From Yuukianura sp. NJ FZ-2021 (taxonomy: Eukaryota): 64,000 nucleotides of DNA. Under the pieces are notes generated by a model that worked only from the letters and a program-made list of their open reading frames with translations, ran no database searches and had not been told where the DNA came from. Position numbers and translations under genes: made by a program. Below, one piece after another: positions 41,401 to 52,029 of the stretch. How positions within the stretch are numbered: position 1 is the stretch's first letter; each line of letters begins with the position of its first letter. The stretch is from positions 372,001-436,000 of the forward strand of contig JAJCTO010000013.1 in assembly GCA_046563655.1 (NCBI GenBank). The letters run 5' to 3'.

Positions 41401-44400
41401 ATCGGCGAACCGAAAGGGGTTCTTGTGAAGCCTCACACCCTGCAAAATTGAAGTCAAGCTGCTACTAAAATTTCAGCTCCAATACTTCGGCCAACGGCAC
41501 AATAATATTCTTATACGCCTGGAACAATGCATAATCGTAACAGCAGGATTAAAGCGAATAGATTTTTCTCACAGAAATATTTGTTGTAGTTTGCGTTGGG
41601 TGCTGACTCATCAAGTTTCCAAAGCTACAAGCAAGTCTAACATCGGCGAACCGAAAGGGGTTCTTCTGAAGCCTCACATCCTGCAAAATTGAAGTCAAGC
41701 TGCTACTAAAATTTCAGCTCCAATACTTCGGCCAACGGCAGAATAATGTTCTTATACGCCTTGGAACAATGCATAATCGTAACAGCAGAATTAAAGCGAA
41801 TAGATTCTTCTCGCAGAAATATATGTTGTAGTTTGCGTTGGCGGACTCATCAAGTTTCCAAAGCTACAAGCAAGTCTAACATCGGCGAACCGAAAGGGGG
41901 TTCTTGTGAAGCCTCACACCCTGCAAAATTGAAGTCAAGCTGCTACTAAAATTTCAGCTCCAATACTTCGGCCAACGGCACAATAATATTCTTATACGCC
42001 TGGAACAATGCATAATCGTAACAGCAGGATTAAAGCGAATAGATTTTTCTCACAGAAATATTTGTTGTAGTTTGCGTTGGGTGCTGACTCATCAAGTTTC
42101 CAAAGCTACAAGCAAGTCTAACATCGGCGAACCGAAAGGGGGTTCTTCTGAAGCCTCACATCCTGCAAAATTGAAGTCAAGCTGCTACTAAAATTTCAGC
42201 TCCAATACTTCGGCCAACGGCAGAATAATATTCTTATACGCCTGGAACAATGCATAATCGTAACAGCAGGATTAAAGCGAATAGATTTTTCTCACAGAAA
42301 TATTTGTTGTAGTTTGCGTTGGGTGCTGACTCATCAAGTTTCCAAAGCTACAAGCAAGTCTAACATCGGCGAACCGAAAGGGGGTTCTTGTGAAGCCTCA
42401 CACCCTGCAAAATTGAAGTCAGGCTGCTACTAAAATTTCAGCTCCAATACTTCGGCCAACGGCAGAAAAATGTTCTTATACGCCTGGAACAATGCATAAT
42501 CGTAACAGCAGGATTAAAGCAATTAGATTTTTCTCACAGAAATATTTGTTGTAGTTTGCGTTGGGTGCTGACTCATCAAGTTTCCAAAGCTACAAGCAAG
42601 TCTAACATCGGCGAACCGAATGGGGGTTCTCGTGAAGCCTCACATCATTCAAAATTGAAGTCAAGCTGCTACTAAAATTTCAGCTCCAATACTTCGGCCA
42701 ACGGCAGAATAATGTTCTTATACGCCTGGAACAATGCATAATCGTAACAGCAGAATAAAAGCGAATAGATTTTTCTCGCAGAAATATATGTTGTAGTTTG
42801 CGTTAGCGGACTCATCAAGTTTCCAAAGCTACAAGAAAGTCTAACATCGGCGAACCGAAAGGGGGTTCTTGTGAAGCCTCACACCCTGCAAAATTGAAGT
42901 CAAGCTGCTACTAAAATTTCAGCTCCAATACTTCGGCCAACGGCAGAATAATGTTCTTATACGCCTGGAACAATGCATAATCGTAACAGCCGGATTAAAG
43001 CGAATAGATTTTTATCGCAGAAATATTTGTTCCAGTCTGCGTTGGCGGACTCATCAAGTTTCCAAAGCTACAAGCAAGTCTAACATCGGCGAACCGAAAG
43101 GGGGTTCTTGTGAAGCCTCACATCCTGCAAAATTGAAGTCAAGCTGTTACTAAAATTTCAGCTCCAATACTTCGGCCAACGGCAGAATAATGTTCTTATA
43201 CGCCTTGAACAATGCATAATCGTAACAGCAGAATTAAAGCGAATAGATTCTTCTCGCAGAAATATATGTTGTAGTTTGCGTTGGCGGACTCATCAAGTTT
43301 CCAAAGCTACAAGCAAGTCTAACATCGGCGAACCGAAAGGGGGTTCTTGTGAAGCCTCACATCCCTGCAAAATTGAAGTCAAGCTGCTACTAAAATTTCA
43401 GCTCCAATACTTCGGCCAACGGCACAATAATATTCTTATACGCCTGGAACAATGCATAATCGTAACAGCAGGATTAAAGCGAATAGATTTTTCTCACAGA
43501 AATATTTGTTGTAGTTTGCGTTGGGTGCTGACTCATCAAGTTTCCAAAGCTACAAGCAAGTCTAACATCGGCGAACCGAAAGGGGGTTCTTCTGAAGCCT
43601 CACATCCTGCAAAATTGAAGTCAAGCTGCTACTAAAATTTCAGCTCCAATACTTCGGCCAACGGCAGAATAATATTCTTATACGCCTGGAACAATGCATA
43701 ATCGTAACAGCAGGATTAAAGCGAATAGATTTTTCTCACAGAAATATTTGTTGTAGTTTGCGTTGGGTGCTGACTCATCAAGTTTCCAAAGCTACAAGCA
43801 AGTCTAACATCGGCGAACCGAAAGGGGGTTCTTGTGAAGCCTCACACCCTGCAAAATTGAAGTCAAGCTGCTACTAAAATTTCAGCTCCAATACTTCGGC
43901 CAACGGCAGAAAAATGTTCTTATACGCCTGGAACAATGCATAATCGTAACAGCAGGATTAAAGCAATTAGATTTTTCTCACAGAAATATTTGTTGTAGTT
44001 TGCGTTGGGTGCTGACTCATCAAGTTTCCAAAGCTACAAGCAAGTCTAACATCGGCGAACCGAAAGGGGGTTCTTCTGAAGCCTCACATCCTGCAAAATT
44101 GAAGTCAAGCTGCTACTAAAATTTCAGCTCCAATACTTCGGCCAACGGCAGAATAATATTCTTATACGCCTGGAACAATGCATAATCGTAACAGCAGGAT
44201 TAAAGCGAATAGATTTTTCTCACAGAAATATTTGTTGTAGTTTGCGTTGGGTGCTGACTCATCAAGTTTCCAAAGCTACAAGCAAGTCTAACATCGGCGA
44301 ACCGAAAGTGGGTTCTTGTGAAGCCTCACACCCTGCAAAATTGAAGTCAAGCTGCTACTAAAATTTCAGCTCCAATACTTCGGCCAACGGCAGAATAATG

Positions 44401-45297
44401 TTCTTATACGCCTGGAACAATGCATAATCGTAACAGCCGGATTAAAGCGAATAGATTTTTATCGCAGAAATATTTGTTCCAGTCTGCGTTGGCGGACTCA
44501 TCAAGTTTCCAAAGCTACAAGCAAGTCAAGCATCGTCGCCCCGACATGGTGTTCTTGTGAAGCCTCACATCATGCAAAATTGAAGTCAAGCTGCTACTAA
44601 AATTTCAGCTCCAATACTTCGGCCAACGGCAGAATAATGTTCTTATACGCCTGGAACAATGCATAATCGTAACAGCAGAATTAAAGCGAATAGATTTTTA
44701 TCGCAGAAATATTTGTTCCAGTCTGCGTTGGTGGCCTCATCAAGTTTCCAAAGCTACAAGCAAGTCAAGCATCGTCGCCCCGACATGGTGTTCTTGTGAA
44801 GCCTCACATCATTCAAAATTGAAGTCAAGCTGCTACTAAAATTTCAGCTCCAATACTTCGGCCAACGGCAGAATAATGTTCTTATACGCCTGTTACAATG
44901 CATAATCGTAACAGCAGAATTAAAGCGAATAGATTTTTCTCGCAGAAATATATGTTGTAATTTGCGTTGGCTGCTGACTCATCAAGTTTCCAAAGCTACA
45001 AACAAGTCTAGCATCGTCGAACCGAAAGGGGGTTCTTGTGAAGCCTCACATCCTGCAAAATTGAAGTCAAGCTGCTACTAAAATTTCAGCTCCAATACTT
45101 CGGCCAACGGCAGAATAATGTTCTTATACGCCTGGAACAATGCATAATCGTAACAGCAGAATAAAAGCGAATAGATTTTTCTCGCAGAAATATATGTTGT
45201 AGTTTGCGTTAGCGGACTCATCAAGTTTCCAAAGCTACAAGCAAGTCTAACATCGGCGAACCGAAAGGGGGTTCTTGTGAAGCCTCACATCCTGTAA
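32427..45297 (-). repeat. Satellite A tandem array, right arm, reverse-complement orientation (about 53 copies)
   Basis: GCAAGTCTAACATCGGCGAACCGAAAGGGGGTTC is the reverse complement of the left-arm monomer, with the same period and the same allele set. The array ends at ...GCCTCACATCCTG(TAA), 45294-45297. Confidence 0.99.
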
Positions 45298-48200
45298 GCA
45301 CATTAGTTTATACCAAAATGACAGTTAGATTTATGCACTTGTTGCATAGTGGAGTTGGGCTAAAATATAATTCCATATTATTGTTGAACACCAGTTATTC
45401 AGGTGTGCTTTATTGGAAGTGCAAGTTGGTAGTATGACACAAAAAAATCATTTCCTAAAAAATTTAATCAAGATAACAAACAATGCTGAATGTTCGATTT
45501 TGATTTAGAAAATGTAATAATGGGGTTTCCCCTGAAGTTCCATTGCCGTCTGAGTCATTGCGATTCATAGTGTCAAAATGAGTACTGGTTGGTATCTGAA
45601 GTGAGGGCGAGCTTGTCATTTCACCGGCACTTCTCCTTTTTGCTCAAAGATGAAGGCTGATAACAAGTGGTTCACTGTGTGTAATAGTCGTTGATGCACT
45701 ACGACAAAGTGGACCGGTATTAGATGCGTATCATGAAGATGGTTATAAGCGATAACAAGGCATAAATTCCATTTTTCAGTATGTTTAAAACTTCGTTGTA
45801 TAGTTCGCACATTAGTTTATACCAAAATGACAGTTAGATTTATGCACTTGTTGCATAGTGGAGTTGGGCTAAAATATAATTCCATATTATTGTTGAACAC
45901 CAGTTATTCAGGTGTGCTTTATTGGAAGTGCAAGTTGGTAGTATGACACAAAAAAGTATTTCCTAAAAAATTTAATCAAGATAACAAACAATGCTGAATG
46001 TTCGATTTTGATTTAGAAAATGTAATAATGGGGTTTCCCCTGAAGTTCCATTGCCGTCTGAGTCATTGCGATTCATAGTGTCAAAATGAGTACTGGTTGG
46101 TATCTGAAGTGAGGGCGAGCTTGTCATTTCACCGGCACTTCTCCTTTTTGCTCAAAGATGAAGGCTGATAACAAGTGGTTCACTGTGTGTAATAGTCGTT
46201 GATGCACTACGACAAAGTGGACCGGTATTAGATGCGTATCATCAAGATGGTTATAAGCGATAACAAGGCATAGATTCCATTTTTCAGTATGTTTAAAACT
46301 TCGTTGTATAGTTCGCACATTAGTTTATACCAAAATGACAGTTAGATTTATGCACTTGTTGCATAGTGGAGTTGGGCTAAAATATAATTCCATATTATTG
46401 TTGAACACCAGTTATTCAGGTGTGCTTTATTGGAAGTGCAAGGTGGTAGTATGACATAAAAAAGTATTTCCTAAAAATTCTAATCAAGATAACAAATAAT
46501 GCTGAATGTTCGATTTTGATTTAGAAAATGTAATAATAGACTTCCCATGAAGTTCCATTGCCGTCTGAGTCATTGTGATTCATAGTGTCAAAATGAGTAC
46601 TGGTTGGTATCTGGAGTGAGGGCGAACTTGCCAATTCACCGGCACTTCTCCTTTTTGCTCAAAGATGAAGGCTGACAACAAGTGGTTCACTGTGTGTAAT
46701 AGTCGTTGATGCACTACGACAAAGTGGACCGGTATTAGATGCGTATCATGAAGATGGTTATAAGCGATAACAAGGCATAGATTCCATTTTTCAGTATGTT
46801 TAAAACTTCGTTGTATAGTTCGCACATTAGTTTATACCAAAATGACAGTTAGATTTATGCACTTGTTGCATAGTGGAGTTGGGCTAAAATATAATTCCAT
46901 ATTATTGTTGAACACCAGTTATTCAGGTGTGCTTTATTGGAAGTGCAAGGTTGTAGTATGACACAAAAAAGTATTTCCTAAAAAATTTAATCAAGATAAC
47001 AAACAATGCTGAATGTTCGATTTTGATTTAGAAAATGTAATAATGGGGTTTCCCCTGAAGTTCCATTGCCGTCTGAGTCATTGCGATTCATAGTGTCAAA
47101 ATGAGTACTGGTTGGTATCTGAAGTGAGGGCGAGCTTGTCATTTCACCGGCACTTCTCCTTTTTGCTCAAAGATGAAGGCTGATAACAAGTGGTTCACTG
47201 TGTGTAATAGTCGTTGATGCACTACGACAAAGTGGACCGGTATTAGATGCGTATCATCAAGATGGTTATAAGCGATAACAAGGCATAGATTCCATTTTTC
47301 AGTATGTTTAAAACTTCGTTGTATAGTTCGCACATTAGTTTATACCAAAATGACAGTTAGATTTATGCACTTGTTGCATAGTGGAGTTGGGCTAAAATAA
47401 ATTCCAGATTATTATTGTTGAACACCAGTTATTCAGGTGTGCTTTATCGGAAGTGCAAGGTGGTAGTATGACATAAAAAAGTATTTCCTAAAAATTCTAA
47501 TCAAAATAACAAATAATGCTGAAGTGTTCGATTTTGATTTAGAAAATGTAATAATGGGACTTCCCATGAAGTTCCATTGCCGTCTGAGTCACTGTGCGGA
47601 TTCATAGTGTCAAAATGAGTACTGGTTGGTATCTGGAGTGAGGGCGAACTTGCCAATTCACCGGCACTTCTCCTTTTTGCTCAAAGATGAAGGCTGACAA
47701 CAAGTGGTTCACTGTGTGTAATAGTCGTTGATGCACTACGACAAAGTGGACCGGTATTAAGATGCGTTCCATGAAGATGGTTATAAGCGATAACAAGGCA
47801 TAAATTCCATTTTTCAGTATGTTTAAAACTTCGTTGTATAGTTCCCACATTAGTTTATACCAAAATGACAGTTAGATTTATGCACTTGTTGCATAGTGGA
47901 GTTGGGCTATAATATAATTCCAGATTACTGTTGAACACCAGTTATTCAGGTGTGCTTTATTGGAAGTGCAAGGTGGTAGTATGACATAAAAAAGTATTTC
48001 CTAAAAATATTAATCAAGATAACAAACAATGCTGAATGTTCGATTTTGATTTAGAAAATGTAATAATGGGACTTCCCATGAAGTTCCATTGCCGTCTGAG
48101 TCATTGTGATTCATAGTGTCAAAATGAGTACTGGTTGGTATCTGTAGTGAGGGCGAGCTTGTTATTTCACCGGCACATCTCGTTTGTGCTCAAAGATGAA

Positions 48201-51078
48201 GGCTGACAACAAGTGGTTCACTGTGTGTAATAGTCGTTGATGCACTACGACAAAGTGGACCGGTATAAGATGCGTTCCATGAAGATGGTTATAAGCGATA
48301 ACAAGGCATAGATTCCATTTTTCAGTATGTTTAAAACTTCGTTGTATAGTTCGCACATTAGTTTATACCAAAATGACAGTTAGATTTATGCACTTGTTGC
48401 ATAGTGGAGTTGGGCTAAAATATAATTCCATATTATTGTTGAACACCAGTTATTCAGGTGTGCTTTATTGGAAGTGCAAGTTGGTAGTATGACACAAAAA
48501 AGTATTTCCTAAAAAATTTAATCAAGATAACAAACAATGCTGAATGTTCGATTTTGATTTAGAAAATGTAATAATGGGGTTTCCCCTGAAGTTCCATTGC
48601 CGTCTGAGTCATTGCGATTCATAGTGTCAAAATGAGTACTGGTTGGTATCTGAAGTGAGGGCGAGCTTGTCATTTCACCGGCACTTCTCCTTTTTGCTCA
48701 AAGATGAAGGCTGATAACAAGTGGTTCACTGTGTGTAATAGTCGTTGATGCACTACGACAAAGTGGACCGGTATTAGATGCGTATCATGAAGATGGTTAT
48801 AAGCGATAACAAGGCATAGATTCCATTTTTCAGTATGTTTAAAACTTCGTTGTATAGTTCGCACATTAGTTTATACTAAAATGACAGTTAGATTTATGCA
48901 CTTGTTGCATAGTGGAGTTGGGCTAAAATATAATTCCATATTATTGTTGAACACCAGTTATTCAGGTGTGCTTTATTGGAAGTGCAAGGTGGTAGTATGA
49001 CATAAAAAAGTATTTCCTAAAAATTCTAATCAAGATAACAAATAATGCTGAGTGTTCGATTTTGATTTAGAAAATGTAATAATGGGACTTCCCATGAAGT
49101 TCCATTGCCGTCTGAGTCATTGTGATTCATAGTGTCAAAATGAGTACTGGTTGGTATCTGGAGTGAGGGCGAACTTGCCAATTCACCGGCACTTCTCCTT
49201 TTTGCTCAAAGATGAAGGCTGACAACAAGTGGTTCACTGTGTGTAATAGTCGTTGATGCACTACGACAAAGTGGACCGGTATAAGATGCGTTCCATGAAG
49301 ATGGTTATAAGCGATAACAAGGCATAAATTCCATTTTTCAGTAAGTTTAAAACTTCGTTGTATAGTTCCCACATTAGTTTATACCAAAATGACAGTTAGA
49401 TTTATGCACTTGTTGCATAGTGGAGTTGGGCTATAATATAATTCCAGATTACTGTTGAACACCAGTTATTCAGGTGTGCTTTATTGGAAGTGCAAGGTGG
49501 TAGTATGACATAAAAAAGTATTTCCTAAAAATATTAATCAAGATAACAAACAATGCTGAATGTTCGATTTTGATTTAGAAAATGTAATAATGGGATTTCC
49601 CCTGAAGTTCCATTGCCGTCTGAGTCACTGCGGTTCATAGTGTCAAAATGAGTACTGGTTGGTATCTGTAGTGAGGGCGAGCTTGTTATTTCACCGGCAC
49701 ATCTCGTTTGTGCTCAAAGATGAAGGCTGACAACAAGTGGTTCACTGTGTGTAATAGTCGTTGATGCACTACGACAAAGTGGACCGGTATTAGATGCGTA
49801 TCATGAAGATGGTTATAAGCGATAACAAGGCATAGATTCCATTTTTCAGTATGTTTAAAACTTCGTTGTATAGTTCGCACATTAGTTTATACCTAAAATG
49901 ACAGTTAGATTTATGCACTTGTTGCATAGTGGAGTTGGGCTAAAATATAATTCCAGATTATTGTTGGACACCAGTTATTCAGGTGTGCTTTATTGGAAGT
50001 GCAAGGTGGTACTAAAACATAAAAAAATATTTCCTGAGAATTCTAATCAAGATAACAAATAATGCTGAATGTTCGGTTTTGATTTAGAAAATGTAATAAT
50101 GTGACTTCCCGTGAAGTTCCATTGCCGTCTGAGTCATTGTGATTCATAGTGTCAAAATGAGTACTGGTTGGTATCTGGAGTGAGGGCGAGCTTGCCATTT
50201 CACCGGCACTTATACTTTTTGCTCAAAGATGAAGGCTGATAACAAGTGGTTCACTGTGTGTAATAGTCGTTGATGCACTACGACAAAGTGGACCGGTATA
50301 AGATGCGTTCCATGAAGATGGTTATAAGCGATAACAAGGCATAAATTCCATTTTTCAGTATGTCTAAAACTTCGTTGTATAGGTCGCACATTAGTTTATA
50401 CCAAAATGACAGTTAGATTTATGCACTTGTTGCATAGTGGAGTTGGGCTAAAATATAATTCCATATTATTGTTGAACACCAGTTATTCAGGTGTGCTTTA
50501 TTGGAAGTGCAAGGTGGTAGTATGACATAAAAAAGTATTTCCTAAAAATTCTAATCAAGATAACAAATAATGCTGAATGTTCGATTTTGATTTAGAAAAT
50601 GTAATAATAGGACTTCCCATGAAGTTCCATTGCCGTCTGAGTCATTGTGATTCATAGTGTCAAAATGAGTACTGGTTGGTATCTGGAGTGAGGGCGAGCT
50701 TGCCATTTCACCGGCACTTATACGTTTTGCTCAAAGATGAAGGCTGATAACAAGTGTACACTGCGTGTAATAGTCGTTGATGCACTACGACAAAGTGGAC
50801 CGGTATAAGATGCGTTCCATGAAGATGGTTATAAGCGATAACAAGGCATAAATTCCATTTTTCAGTATGTCTAAAACTTCGTTGTATAGGTCGCACATTA
50901 GTTTATACCAAAATGACAGTTAGATTTATGCACTTGTTGCATAGTGGAGTTGGGCTAAAATATAATTCCATATTATTGTTGAACACCAGTTATTCAGGTG
51001 TGCTTTATTGGAAGTGCAAGGTGGTAGTATGACATAAAAAAGTATTTCCTAAAAATTCTAATCAAGATAACAAATAAT
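45298..51078. repeat. Satellite B tandem array (508-bp monomer), part 1, about 11.4 copies
   Basis: CACATTAGTTTATACCAAAATGACAG recurs every ~508 bp; the spurious ORFs at 45616 and 46124 show the same spacing. AT-rich, with no evident similarity to satellite A. Confidence 0.99.
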
Positions 51079-51098
51079 AGGTAATTTCGGTTTTCTGA
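51079..51098 (+). repeat. Left terminal inverted repeat of the MITE
   Basis: AGGTAATTTCGGTTTTCTGA; pairs with 52010-52029 with 2 mismatches at positions 3-4. Confidence 0.92.
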
Positions 51099-51344
51099 CG
51101 GTGATGGTGATGGTGGATTGTGCTACAAGTTTCAATCCACAATACCAGACGGTAGCAAAAACAGTTTCGGTTTTGATGTATGGTGGATGGTACTAACTAA
51201 GTTAATTTTTTGCGCCCAATTCGAATCCCGGTTAAGGTGAACCCGAAATGTTTCTCTTGTAAACAAACGCTGTAAACATTGTCGCATATACGTTTTATTA
51301 AAAAATCAATATACCCGGATATACATTGGGTGGTTACAATCATG

Positions 51345-51582
51345 TGTAACCACTGACGTCATTTGTAACCACCGACGTCATCTGTAAGCACTTACGCCAT
51401 TTGTAACTACTGACGTCATTTGTAACCACTGACGCCATTTGTAACCACTGACGTGACGTCATTTGTAACCACTGACGCCATTTGTAACCACTGACGTGAC
51501 GTCATTTGTAACCACTGACGTCATTTGTAACCACTGACGTCAATTGTAACCACTGACATCAATTGTAACCACTGACATTAAA
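51345..51582 (+). repeat. 19-bp minisatellite inside the MITE (consensus TGTAACCACTGACGTCATT, 12 units)
   Basis: Units start at 51345, 51364, 51383, 51402, 51421, 51440, 51464, 51483, 51507, 51526, 51545 and 51564. Two units are 24 bp because of an internal GACGT duplication. Degenerate copies lie at about 51601 and 51637, and an inverted copy at 51671-51687. Confidence 0.96.
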
Positions 51583-52009
51583 TACCATGACCAGCCACAA
51601 TGTAACCACGCAGTGATCATATGACGTTCCACAACGTAACCACCGACGTCATCGCAAACATACAGTTTACATGACGTCAGTGGTTACTGTGGGTACAACA
51701 GGAACAACTCCAGCTTACTCCAACTTTTCCGTCGAAAAAACAACCGACGGTTACATACGTAACCTCACCTGGAAGACACGCCTTTTTTTACTCACGGGTA
51801 CAAGTGACACCATAAAGTTTACTTCAACCGTGAATTTAAAACTCAACTTCGTTTTCGCGGGCACCGAAAGTCTCATTCTCCCCCAACACAAAGGGACTCC
51901 TACCGTCCCGTCAGGAGCAGAGACGGGTTTCAGAAAAAGGCCCAAAATACTCTCAATTCGGATGGTAGGATTGTAGCTACCATCACCATCACAGTCTACC
52001 ATCCGTTTT

Positions 52010-52029
52010 TCAGAAAACCGAAATTGTCT
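52010..52029 (-). repeat. Right terminal inverted repeat of the MITE
   Basis: TCAGAAAACCGAAATTGTCT, followed by the AAT TSD and resumption of satellite B. Confidence 0.92.

Larger units (their letters stand above)
51079..52029. mobile_element. Non-autonomous DNA transposon (MITE-like), 951 bp, with 20-bp TIRs and a 3-bp AAT TSD; tentatively PIF/Harbinger-type
   Basis: Left end AGGTAATTTCGGTTTTCTGA (51079-51098) versus the reverse complement of the right end, AGACAATTTCGGTTTTCTGA (52010-52029): 18/20 identical. AAT flanks both sides (51076-51078 and 52030-52032), whereas uninterrupted monomers read CAAAT-AAT-GCTGA once. The satellite resumes in exact register. No transposase ORF. The superfamily is inferred only from TSD length. 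Confidence 0.93.

Noticed and set aside
3077..43635. 60-119 aa ORFs in satellite A on both strands
   Set aside because: They appear only where a monomer variant or 1-bp indel removes a stop. Many start at TTG, none has a recognisable domain, and one spans the N gap.
45292..45301. The junction sequence CTGTAAGCAC also occurs in MITE minisatellite unit 3 (51382-51391)
   Set aside because: The match is only 10 bp and is explained by the satellite A end (one C>T change) plus the satellite B start; treated as coincidence.
45340..45500. Pol III A-box-like TTGCATAGTGG and B-box-like GTTCGATT in satellite B (tRNA or SINE origin)
   Set aside because: Both matches are imperfect, they are about 140 bp apart, no cloverleaf forms, and the B-box-like word is lost (GTTTCATT) in the major subfamily.
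51345..51582. CRISPR-like appearance of the short repeats
   Set aside because: The units are head-to-tail with no unique spacers, there are no cas genes, and the context is eukaryotic satellite.
51671..52002. Overlapping 101-aa (+) and 83-aa (-) ORFs in the MITE
   Set aside because: No DDE, Myb/SANT, zinc-finger or other recognisable motif. The + ORF starts inside an inverted minisatellite unit, and both are too short for a transposase. A TBLASTN/HMM search would be needed to exclude a decayed fragment.
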